This document shows, piece by piece, positions 1 to 11,712 of a stretch of DNA of 64,000 nt. Source of the DNA: Macrostomum lignano (lineage: Eukaryota); assembly GCA_002269645.1 (NCBI GenBank), contig NIVC01001052.1, forward strand, positions 124,001 through 188,000. The letters are read 5' to 3'. The first letter of the stretch is position 1; the number at the start of each line of letters is the position of its first letter. The translations under genes were made by a program, and so were the position numbers. Below the pieces are notes generated by a model. The model was not told where the DNA came from. It searched no databases and was given only the letters and a program-made list of their open reading frames with translations.

Positions 1-305
1 GCTAATAACGTCGTGCAAAAACATTTACTGCTATTGATAATATAGTATCTAAGAGTTAGGAGTCTTGGTTAATTAATAATTATGTAATTGTTCTGCATTA
101 ATATTTTGCCACTGTTATAATGCCTGCATTCAAAAGCAATACATACAGACTGGACAAACCGTCCATTTTTTCCAGCTTTTTTAAACTGATTTGCCCTCCC
201 TGACGGTAGTGAAGTCAAAGCTTACGTTCACACTTACTTCAGGCCTCTTTAATTAATGTAAAGTCGAATAGATATTAGATATTTTGTCTTAGAAATAGGA
301 TTTTC

Positions 306-2877
306 ATGGAACAGGATGTGGATAGGCATCTTGCTTCTAAATCTAATCATAAGAATAGTGAAATAAGTATAAAATGTACATTTTGTTCATTTTCATGTCA
401 AAGTATTTTTAAGGTTATATCTCATATTAAGTTTACACATTCATTTGGATGTCACTGTTTTACCTGCCCTATCTTAGATTGTTTTTATAGTAGTGGTTCA
501 ATAGAAGCTTTAAGAGCTCATGCTTATCGTATGCATAGTCAACTTACTAATGTTGATTCTTATGTTATGTCTAATTTAGAAAATGTTCTGAAAACTGAGG
601 ATGAAAAAAATGAAACAGTTGAAGTCTGTCCTGATCATTGTCAACCTAGTCTTAGTGGTACCAATGAGCCTAATAATGGCTTAAATGAAGAAAATGAAAG
701 TATTCCAACAAAAATTCCAGAAAAAATAACATGTGATAGGCCTACCCTTCGAGACAATATAAGAAAAAACCTTGCTAAAAACTTTGTATACTATTATTTC
801 AAATGTAAAAATGTATTTTTTATTTCTAAAGAAAAGTCTAATCAGTTATGTGAATTGGTAAAAGAAATGGTTTCACAATTTGCTCATGATTATCTTTGCC
901 TATTTGAACAGTTTTTAAAGGAGGAATATCCATCTTTTAGTAAAAACTTAATTAATAATCAGTTTAATATGCAAGAAATGATTGATATCTCATTAGAATT
1001 TTTATTAACTGATTCAAAGGTCTTTGATATTCTAAAACATCAATATAACTTAGTTCAGCCAATAGAAATTGTCCACCCAGAGACGGGTTCTAAAATCCAA
1101 TATATCCCAATAGCTGAAATGCTTGCTTCAATAATAAAAAATGAACATTTGATGAAATTTTTTGTTGAGCCATGTATCAATAATTGTAACTTTTTTACAT
1201 CAACCTATTTTAAAGAATGTATATCATCATTGGTAACCAGTGACAGTGGGATTTTTTTGAAACTGTACTCAGACGAAATTGAAGTTTGTAATCCAATTGG
1301 ATCAGCCAAGACAAAGCATAAGCTATGTGTTATTTATTATAGTATTCTTAATTTTCCTGAATACTTGAATTCATCATTAGAATTATCTTTCTTGTCAACT
1401 ATTTTTTCTGAGTCTACAATAAAGAAAGCAAGCTTACAATTTTGCTTGTCTCCATTAATTGCTGAGCTTAATGATCTATATTATAAGGAATTTGAAATAA
1501 ATACTTCTTTAACACTGCCTGTTGTGGCTTGCTTTATGACTGGGGATAATCTATCTATGCATCAAATGTTAGGTTTACAGAAATGCTTTTCTAGTGGGTA
1601 TATATGCAGGTTTTGTTATAAGGAATATAGACAGCTTTGTAGTATAGATATTCAATGTTTAGATAAGCTCTTTCAATTTAATTATAGGACCCATTTATCA
1701 AATATCAATGATTCACAACAATTAAACAATGGCTTTGTTAGAAATTCAGCTTTTGAGGGTTTGTCTTATATTGATTTGCAATATTTTTTCCCACCTGATA
1801 TTATGCATGATGATTTGGAAGGATTTTCACATCTGGTTGTGTGTCTTGTACTATTAAATGCTATGGAAAAAAATCATATAAGCATGGAATTTATAAATGA
1901 ACAATTTAGCAAAATTTATGATGTATCACTTCCTAAGCTAAGCAAATATAACATAAAAAACTTTCATTTGCCATGCACTGCTAGTCAAATGATAGTCATC
2001 TTACAATATTTTGGTTTACTTTTTGGGGATTTATTTGATTATGATGATGACATTTGGATATTATTCTGCAACCATAAGCTTTTTCTTAATATTATATTAT
2101 CACCATATTATGATAAGGATGTTGATATTGATTATTTTAAGTTTTTAGTAGCAGTACAACTTGAAACTATATATAAATACACTGACTTTAACCCAAAATA
2201 CAAATGTAAACTACATTACATCTGCCATTATCCAGAATTATACCATTATTTTAGTGGTCTAAGGTATCTTTGGTGCATGCGAAGTGAGGCCCAACATCAG
2301 GTAATAAAGAATATAAGTAGACAATGTAAAAACTATAATAATGTTGCCTTTACATGTGCAAAAAACTTTCAAATTCAGAAGGCTTTAGTTGTTACACATT
2401 TTATGCCCCATGATCTAAAAGAAGCAGTGTAGTAGTATAATTAAAATCAGTTCAATTTTAACAACTCCTGAGAAAATCAAACTAAGTAATATACTCAATG
2501 TCAAATTTGATTCATTAGGCCAGATTTGCTTCTCAACCACAGTTCTAAATTTTAGAGGATTTCATTATAAAACTCCAACACTTAATAAAAGATATTGCTT
2601 GGCTATATTTAAAGATAGCTATATTGATTTAATAATGATTTCTTGCATCATTAAGGTCACAAACAAATGGGTTCTCATTTGCAAAAAGATTAAAGCTACA
2701 TTTTCAACCCATTATAATTGTTATTTATGTACTATTTTAAATGATGACACTATATTTTGTATGCCTAGCCAGCATATTGTTCACCAGCAAGTTCCTCTTA
2801 TGCTTTATCGTGGCCAACTTTATGCTTCATTAAAATACCATCCATATGTTGATATGCTGAATGAAAAGTCAGTTTAA
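306..2877 (+). CDS. EnSpm/CACTA-type transposase with N-terminal C2H2-like zinc fingers; +1 frameshift near 2418
   Basis: Motifs LYSDEIEVCNPIG, GDNLSMH, CRFC, PPDIMHDDLEG, KLHYICHYP and LWCMRSEAQH match animal EnSpm transposases. The 708-aa ORF stops at 2432, but the +1 frame is open from 2419 to 2877 and reads as the usual C-terminal extension. Removing one A from TAAAAG joins the two. Confidence 0.85.
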
Positions 2878-3403
2878 AAAAATAATAGCAATAAAAGTAG
2901 TCTAATATGTTCCAACTTGTAGCTCAATGATATATACTTTTTAGTAAACTTATCAACAAACTTTTTCTGTTATGCCCCAGCAGTTGAATAGTTGTTTTGT
3001 CTGAACTAATTGTGACTTAAATACTTAATAATGTCAGTGCCAAGGCTGCGTGTGGCACCTTGAGGCATGGCAAAGAGTTTAGCACTGGTATGTGCTCTCT
3101 GGCTCTAGCTAAAAACTGGTCTATAGGCATTTGTCTTTTTATGATGGATGGGCTTGCCCGTCCTGACTAGGCTAAGCTTAGCAAGTGTTGGATGCCGGTT
3201 TTGCCATTTCTCGGCCCAAAATGTGCAGTTATACATATTGTATATATTTTCTGCATGCACAAATCATGCAACCAATAGAAAATAGGCGAAAACAAAACAA
3301 AAAAGCTTTGGTAAAACCACACGACATCACTACATTCTTACAGCTTAACAACAATTTTGGACGTAATGTGTCTTACATACCAGATTAACTCTGATGTCCT
3401 TAA

Positions 3404-5031
3404 CATAATTTTTCACTTCTGCTTCGAATCTGCACTGGTGACAAGTCAAGAAAGAAGCTTGTTTGTGCTTCTTCGCTTGACCAGTTGCGATTAAAAGGAT
3501 GCGAGAAGCTCGGCATTGCTGATGCGGATAATGTCCGGATTGTTACCGAAGATGGCTTCGAAATCGATGACGACGATTTAATACCAGAAATTGCAAAGAA
3601 AGCAAAGTTTGTTTACTTTTTGCTTCAAGGCGAGCTTTTGGACTGTGTATCAAAGCCATCAAATGAGACGCCTTTCATGCCCAGCACTCCTGCCAGACAG
3701 CAAGACAGTAGCTCCGAACTTGTAGGATCTACTGGAGTGAGCATGCCAGGTGGAGCAGCTGCTGGTAGCTTACCGTGGCCTGAGGTCTATACCCTGCCTC
3801 GGATGGGCGAATTGAGTGACGCTCTTCGCGAACTTCGGCTCAATCCAGAAAAGGGTGCAGAGTTCAAAGTTAACCCAACATTTGTAAACCGGTTTCTAAA
3901 GTTCATTATTGAGGACGTCTTTCAACAGTTCAAGTCTGAAGACAATCCATATTTGTCTGGTGTTGAAATTCGCGATATCTGCTGTGCCATAATTGCAACC
4001 TATTCTGGCCTCCGGGACGATTCGCCTGAAGGGTTCCGTTTTTGGCGAATTAAGATTTGCCGTCGCTTGAAGGACCTACGCAGCAGAAAGCTTACGTCAT
4101 TCACAAGCCCAATCGTTCTGCAAATGCGTGGCAAGCATGGGAGGAAGCGCAAAGTAACTGCTGCTGCTGCTGCATGTGCTCCCACTGGCGACACTTCAGC
4201 TGATGAATTGGGTGATGATGGTGTCGACGAACCCATTGACGACTCTGGTGATGATGAGCAACCACCATTTGAGCATCGACCAGTCGAGCCCGACTGTCGA
4301 AGTGTCATGAATAAAAGTGTAGATTTTGAAAATGATGGCACCGTACCCCCAGCCATGAACAGCGACGAGAGCGACTGAATTCTGATTTTGGCAGAGTCAG
4401 TATTTCGGAAGTGCTGGATGAAATGCGTGTGCTATTTCCTGTGCGAATTTCACGATGCCAGGATAAAACTGTTGCCGAGGAAGTTGAACTTTACCGACCG
4501 CTAACTTTATTGCCTGTCATTCTTCAAGAGACTCATCTGATGATTGAGGAGTACAATAAAAGCAAGACAGACTATATTTGTGCATCAGGTCCAAATGAGA
4601 TTCGGACTAACATTACGGCAGCGCTGATGAAAATATACAACAATAGAAAACACCTAAAAAACTACAAGTTCTGCAAAAAATATGTGGATGCCGTCGACTC
4701 TGATGACGAAAAATTGTGTGCTGCAGTCTGTCTTCTTCTTGGTCGGCTGAAGATTGATGCCGAGAAGATTTTTTGCGATGGTCTTCCCGTAAGAATTGTT
4801 CGAGACGAGAACAGCAAGTGGTCCGGCGTTTCTGTCAATGGCGCTACCCTGGTGTTTGATAATGCAGCGGATACCGTCATTGTCTTCATCATCGTGTATG
4901 TTGCTTTCAACCTACAGCATGTCCCCTTCCTGGAACCATTCCTCGAGACGATTGAGGTTCTGGCCAAGCTGCGCAGCCGGTCTGCTGTTTCACGTAGCTC
5001 CGCCAAGACTGTTATTGCATCTTTTCTGTAG
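3404..5031 (+). CDS. CACTA ORF2 (TnpA/SAMD3-like accessory protein) with N-terminal CIDE-N-like domain; -1 frameshift near 4345-4349
   Basis: The frame is open from 3404 and reads LLRICTGDKSRKKLVCASSLDQLRLKGCEKLGIADADNVRIVTEDGFEIDDDDLIPEIAKKAKFVYFLLQGE. ORFs 3485-4378 and 4411-5031 join if one C is added to the CCCCC run. No in-frame ATG was seen, so an upstream exon is probably needed. Confidence 0.65.
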
Positions 5032-5739
5032 TTGCTGTTTCATTGCATTGCCTTCATTTTCAAAAACTTTCTTGTGCTCGAGTAGTTTTATCCCTAGATA
5101 TAAGATATTCCTACAGGATAGATAATGGAATAATGGAAATGGCATAATGGAGTTATGGAAATGGTGTATTTTTGCAGACACAATATCATAGTTTATTTAG
5201 TCCATTTTGCGTTCCAAATGTTGGATTTGCATTTTTAGAAATGAGAATGCATTTTTGCACTTTGCAGTTTTTCTGTCTGTGGGATAATAAAAATGAAGGG
5301 TGCACAAAACAAACATTTAATTCAATGGGTATCCATTTGCCACATTATAAAGTCTGTTTAAATCCTTGTTGGAATGTTGTCAAATCGCAGCCGGGGTGTT
5401 CGTGCACTTTTACTTTTTGTGTGTTCTATAATGTGGCTTTCTGTGGACTTTTGTCCAGTCTTCTATGCTATACAAGGTGTGTTTTGTTAACTTTTTTGCA
5501 CATCAAAATGGAAACTGTATGCCTCTGCTTTTCATGTATGCATGCTAGAGCTTTTTACTTTACTGTTGCTGGTGTAAAGACGTTTATAATGTGTACATTA
5601 TATTTTATATGCAACTCATTACTTGCAAGTGATGAGTTGTTAATATTACAGAAAACATTCTTGGCCTTCAGTGACTTCCTTTATTAATTCATGAAATCGA
5701 CCCTCCAAAAGGGCATGCAATGATTGCAATCCTTAAAGC

Positions 5740-6090
5740 TCGGACCCCTCTAAAATAGACCTTTTTTAATTTGGATCTAAAAATGCATATTTTTTAGAGA
5801 GAAATAGTCTTTCAGAGGTCCAAAAATCGACGCTTTGGGCCCTTTAATTTGGACATTTTTCTAACAATTTGGACCTTAAAAAGCGGACCTCAAAAATTGG
5901 ACCTTTTTTAAAAATGGACCTTCAGAGGTCCAAAAATATCGACGCTGCGGACCTTGCAATTTGGACCTTATTCTAACAATTTGGACCTCAAAAATTGGAC
6001 CTTTTTAAAAATGGACCTTCAGAGGTCCAAAAATATCGACGCTGCGGACCTTACAATTTGGACCTTGTGTGGACCTTTTTTTGGACCTTT
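5740..6090. repeat. CACTA subterminal repeats (GGACCT motif, ~76-bp duplicated block)
   Basis: Many GGACCT/AGGTCC copies in both orientations. The block AAAAATTGGACCTTTTT...GGACCTTCAGAGGTCCAAAAATATCGACGCTGCGGACCTT occurs twice. Confidence 0.85.
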
Positions 6091-6349
6091 TTGCACCGCA
6101 GTGCAGAAACAAGTTAAGAAAACGTGATGGACAATGTTATTTTTATACTATGGCATGCACTAAATGGGAATTAAATGTATATAATCGCGGCAGTTTTTTT
6201 CTTTCGCATGGTTTGCAAGTAATAATTATAAAGCAGGAAAGGTAATTTTATATGCTTATTCTCGACTTCTAAAACTTCTAGAACATGTTTCTGATACATG
6301 TGCATTTCACAGACGAAGTACATGTAGATCTAGAGCTACATGTCTAGAG

Positions 6350-7230
6350 CTATCGCGCTCTGTCGGACATCCGCGTGAAGCGTCAATTCGCCGGCGCCTT
6401 CGTCGGCGCGCTTGGAGACCAGTGCGAGGCGGAGTATTCCGACATCAGCACCGCCGTTAGAGCCGCTGTGGAGCAGACCGTCTCGCCAGCGCAGAGACAG
6501 CCAGCGCAGAAATTGCTGCCCGTCTGGCAGATCGACCCGACCATCAGGCAGGCGCGGCTCAACACCGAGCGACTCCGCAGAAACCGGCGGCCCACGGGCG
6601 ACGCTGAAGACGCGTTTGAGCGCCTTCTAGATGAGCGGCAGCAGGCCGCTGTCGACGACGCCGTCTGGTCTACCACTGCAGCCAGCCCTGACGTGAAGAG
6701 CCCGGCAGTGTGGACGGCCGTCCGGACTCTGAAGGGGCTGCCTGACCGCCATAGGGCTCGGCTGTGGCAGCTGGCGGTGGTCGAAACCGTCCAGTTCTAC
6801 AACGCCGAGACGTGGACGCTGACGGCTACGCTACAGAGCGGCAGCTGGACTCAGCGCACTCAGGGCTGCTCCGTGCGGCCTTGCGAGCTGACGAGAGCGT
6901 CGGGACCGAGGCCCTTTACGATCGGGCCAAGCTGCAGCGCCCGTTCATCATCCTGCGCCGGCGGCGACTTCAACTGGCGGGCCACGTGATCCGGGCCGAG
7001 GGCTACTGCCCCCAACCTGTTCAGGACGTCCAGCTCACCTTGCAGAGCCCGTTCAGGCGGGGTCAGGCCCGAACCCGTCGATACGTGGACTGCCTGCTCT
7101 GCGACGCTGGGGCGCCCGACATTACCGACACTTTGTCCGCTCTCAGGCTCTGCGGGGCGCCATCTGACGCACCTTGCTTTGTGACTTTGCTTGCGGGGCT
7201 GCGTAATTTGTTTTTGTTGTTGTTGTGACA
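6350..7230 (+). mobile_element. RTE-like non-LTR retroelement remnant lacking endonuclease and RT core
   Basis: GC-rich island. It encodes RARLWQLAVVETVQFYNAETWTLT and, after a frameshift, LRRRRLQLAGHVIR, both typical of the post-RT region of RTE-type ORFs. It ends in a (TTG)n tail at about 7214-7227. Confidence 0.6.
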
Positions 7231-8622
7231 TGTATATCCGTCGGCAAGGCATGCATGCAACAATTCAAATTAGCATGATGCCTTCGCGTGTTTTGTTAAC
7301 TGTTTGCTGCTAAAGAAACATTTTTAGTTCTCTTCAGTTCTCTGCAGTTACTTCTCTTCTGGATATCAGGAACCACAGCAGACAGGGTCCCACCATATCC
7401 GCATCAGATTTTTTGTTTATTTCTGTTAATTGACTAACGGGAAGTTCTAAGAAAGTTTACATTTGAAAAATTAACCGCAACAAATTGACGGAACAGACGT
7501 ATCAACTCTCTTAATTAAAATTTAACCCGTTGTGAAGTTTTCATTTGGTATTTGCGCTCTTCGCTATGCATTTTGCTTACGAGTCACATCCTAGAAGGTA
7601 GTAGCAGTCGTTGAAATGAATAAATTTTTGCTAAACGGGTTTTTATTTTTGTAAAGACTCTACCGTAACAAAAATAACAAAACGAAAAATGGAATTATCT
7701 ATATTAATAAGTAGAACTGCTATACAACAGATACTTCTCAAAGTTTAATATTTTTGAATATCGATTTGTTGCTTTTATTGTCACTTTTACACGAAATATT
7801 TTCCACAATTAAAATTACATTTCTTTGTTCGAAAGTTAAAACTTTCATTACCATAAAGAGGTCTATCTGTCTGTTGCCTCTTGCCTTGATACAGTTATAT
7901 TTGATAATTTTTGTAGTATTTTTAATATTAAATATGTAGCAGTAGTAGGGCCTATAATTATTTGTTTTTTATCACATCACTAAGAGCAACAGCAAGGCCA
8001 ACAGCTCGGCAACAACATGGTTAGTAAGTAGTAACTTAGTTGTATTGCTAGCCTTAGAAGCCTGTTTGAAAATTCTGGAACTTCATATAACATAAAGTAG
8101 AAGTAGAACCTAAGCCCAGAGATCAATAAATTTGTGTGGAGTACTAGACCAGCGTGCAAGCTGGCAGTGTTTAGTCAGTGTATGAGTAGAATAGCAAATC
8201 AATTTGTTATTTGCTAAAAAGGTCAATTTGCTGAAAGAAATCTGTTTGTTTTGCCAAAAGTTTTGTGATTATAGTCTGTTGTAAAATAAACAATTGAAAA
8301 AAATCAATTTTTTCAAAAAAACTAATAAAAAAATAACAAGGCGGGCAGTGCAAGTAGGCTAAAATGTGTTGAAGGTTAAAATGTTCAAAATTTCCACATT
8401 ATGTGCATTTGCATTAACTAAAGTAGTTTCAATTGAACTATAAATATGATGAGTGTATTTTAGTATTCACTAGGCCTAGCACATTAAGCCCTTAGTTATA
8501 GGGGCATTCAAATTCAAACATATTAAAAACATAGAAACCTTTTTTGGGAATATTTGACTAACTTTCAAAACAATTATTTACTGTTTAAAATTTTATATAT
8601 ACTCAGCAACATTGAAAAGTTG

Positions 8623-9108
8623 CCAGGATGGAATTCTTGCACAAAAATGGCAACGCGTTTTTGCGTTTGGGAATAAAATTGTGAAAAATTGCACAATGCA
8701 AAAAAAATTGCGCACTTGTACAGGCTGCAAAAAATGCGAAAAAAATTGCAAATTATTTTGCAAATGTTTGCACAGTTTAAATTACTGACTTTACTGTATT
8801 AAATGTAGAATTACTACAAAAATGTAACATTTATAGTTTGTTATTTACAAACTGTTCAAATTTAAAATTCTCTACTTAAAAAAACAAAGTCAAAGATAAT
8901 TAGTTTGATATTTATTGTAACGAGTCGTCAAAAAATTCAAGTATGAGACTATCGCAAAACATTTTTTTGACAATTGGTAATGCTAAAAATTGCGCCACTA
9001 AATTTTGTTTAAGATTGTAAAATTGCATTTGGTTCAATGTGGAATTGCGCACCGAAAAAAAGTTGCAATTTTCCATTTTATATGCCATATGCAAGAATTC
9101 TATGCTGG
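8623..9108. mobile_element. MITE with ~19-bp imperfect TIRs
   Basis: CCAGGATGGAATTCTTGCA ... TGCAAGAATTCTATGCTGG, flanked by the direct repeat AAAAGTTG (8615-8622 and 9109-9116). Confidence 0.8.
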
Positions 9109-10477
9109 AAAAGTTGCTATTCTATGTGCCAATGAACAATTTCTCTTGGACTATTCTGAAATAAAAGATGCAAGAAAACTGATTGGGTGGCTTTAATCTC
9201 TCTAAACAAACTTTCACACATTGTATCTTCTCTCCAAGGATAGACCAAGGAGGGCCAAGGGGGCCATGGCCCCCCTTGGCCCTCAGCTCTGGCTCTGCCA
9301 AGGGGGTATTGCTGCCATTGCTGCTGCTGTTGCTGCTGCAACAGACAAGGACTGCTTTAATCTAAGACAAGTTATGAGTAAATAACATTTAAAAATAGTA
9401 ATAAACCCTTTCTATCTCCAATTTAGCAAACCTATACCCATGCTAGAAAAAAAGATAAGCAAAGTAATTTGCTCTTACAATACTACTTAACAGTTAAAAA
9501 ATAACTAACTTATCCATGTGTTGTATGATATTATGGTTGTATTTTCAACTTATAATAGAGCAACTAACACTAGCTTTTAGACAATGCATATATAAGTGTG
9601 GCTCCTTATGAATACTAGTGTTTACTGCATTTATTGTCAGACTGGTGCTCCTATATATACTCCTTGAGTCTTGTAGTTGCTGGCTTTGCAGATTAGCCTA
9701 GACCATTTTAGCTTATACATTTGAGACAATTGGTTATAAAAGCAGACTTTTTTGGTATACGCATAATTAAGCTAGTAATAGAGGCACTTTAACAAAATAT
9801 AATGAAAATGAAATATAAATAATTTTATAAATATAAACAAATTACAATGATCTAAAATTTAAAAGCTGAAATGGATCCTTAAGAAACCTTAAATAGATCT
9901 ATTTAATTCGAATTTTACTATAGCACATTTATATTAATATGATAGTACAAAGTGATTATGATTCTAAATACTTTAAACTTTAGGAAAATGCAAAGCAAAA
10001 TTTTTAACTCTTTTTCTTATATTATAAAAATGTATCAAATTATTTTTTTAAATTTGTCAAAATTGAATAAAATATTGAAATTGAATTATTATTTTTTGTT
10101 TTTTGGGTATGTCACAAAACAAAATTGCAGTTTTGGTCTAAACTAAAGTGTATTTTTGTGATCCTATATAGCTATATGCTTAGGATGAAGTTTTGTGCAT
10201 TAGACAAGCCATCATACTGTATGCATTTAAATGCACTTGATAGAGTATCTATTTTTTAGATTCTAGACCCTATAGCCAAGGTCTAAAATGCACTGAATGT
10301 CTCCTTTCCTGTGCTAAACCATGCCTGCACAATGGCCATTGGCTGCAATAGGGATTTTAGACTAGATTCAAATAATCTAGATTCAATAGTGAGATAACTT
10401 TCCTAATTCTATGAATAAAAAATTGTTAAAATAGTAATATTGTTAAAAATGTTAATAATTTTTTATATTATGTTATC

Positions 10478-11346
10478 ACTACTATATGAACCCGTAAGGC
10501 TTGATTTTGGAGGTGAGGTGGGTGTCAACCCTCCTCGCCTCTCATTGGCTGGCGCCCCGATCACTAGGTGATCGATACCCGTATCGATATCGGCGCTCGG
10601 CGCGCGCGCGCGCCGCAGGCGCCAAGCGCCGCAGGCGACCCTCCCCAGCCGCAGGCGCACCTACCGATATTAGATCCCAATAAATCAATCAGATCCCAAA
10701 TCAATCAGATCCCAAATCAATCAGATCCCAAGCGCACCCTCCCGAGCCGCAGGCGCCCATGCAGCAGGCACCCCGAGTGTACACTCTACCGAGCCGCAGG
10801 CACCCCGAGTGTACACTCTACCGAGCTGCAGGCACCCCGAGTGTACACTCTACCGAGCCAAAGGTACACTCTACCACTCTTCCGATATGTAGTCAACAAT
10901 ATTAGGCTAGTGAAAACTACTTATAGTAGATGAAATTGCGTATATTTACATAAAAAGTAGATAAAACATATTGGTAGGTGTGAATAATGACGCATAATAC
11001 ATATTGGAGCATATGAGCAGCAAAAACACACAATGTAGGTGCATGGGCAGAAATAGACAAAGCAGGTACTGTAGGCGCTACATAGGTGGAAATACACACA
11101 CACAGCAGGTTTACAAAGTGTACTTTCGATACATATCGGATTAATGTATAAAGCGGGTTTACAAGGCATGCATAAGGCGTAGTTGTATAATGCAGGTGCG
11201 CATGTATAATCAGATTATAGGCAAACGCCCAGGTGCAACAGACGCGTAAATAATGTCACACCGACTAAAGAGTAAATATTGTCTAACCCGCAGGTGCATA
11301 AAAATTTTAAACAAAAGCGGTTCGGGGAAATCCCAAAAGGGAGGTT
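10478..11346 (+). repeat. Left terminal inverted repeat (869 bp)
   Basis: Reverse complement of 19028-19919. It contains 16-bp (AGATCCCAAATCAATC) and 32-bp (CCGAGCCGCAGGCACCCCGAGTGTACACTCTA) internal tandem units. Confidence 0.95.
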
Positions 11347-11712
11347 CACGGCCTAATGACCCGATATACTTTCAACACAATTAAACCCACAAGTGGGCTA
11401 GAAAAATGGACAACGTATTTAGATTGCGCTATCAGTACGCTAATCAGCGCAGCAAGTTCATGTCAGGAGTTCTACTCCAAGAGGCGGACCGCTGGGCCAC
11501 AAACCGCCCCAAGGGAATAGGTGTCAAATGGGAGTTTTAACACTTGAGGGGATCCCGCTCAATGTACAGTGGAGGCGCCAAATGAGTAAGGACCCCTAAG
11601 TACAGTGCGGGCGTAAAACCATTTTCATCCCCACGAGTCAAGGGATCCCAAGTGGGCACATAGGGGAATCCCAGGCAGGGAGGCGTAAAAAAGACAGATC
11701 CTTAACTTTCAC

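Larger units (their letters stand above)
1..6103 (+). mobile_element. CACTA/EnSpm (CMC) DNA transposon, right part; left end lies outside the window
   Basis: Ends in ...GCACCGCAGTG at 6103 (reverse complement CACTG...). It is preceded by dense GGACCT/AGGTCC subterminal repeats (about 5740-6090) and carries an EnSpm-type transposase plus a second ORF. Confidence 0.85.

Noticed and set aside
9250-9285. GC palindrome AGGGCCAAGGGGGCCATGGCCCCCCTTGGCCCT as a terminator
   Set aside because: The context is eukaryotic; it is more likely a remnant of a transposon end, and no partner end was found.
10917-11169. 82-aa and 60-aa ORFs duplicated at 19205-19457
   Set aside because: Their identity only reflects the TIR; they have no recognisable domain or coding-like composition.
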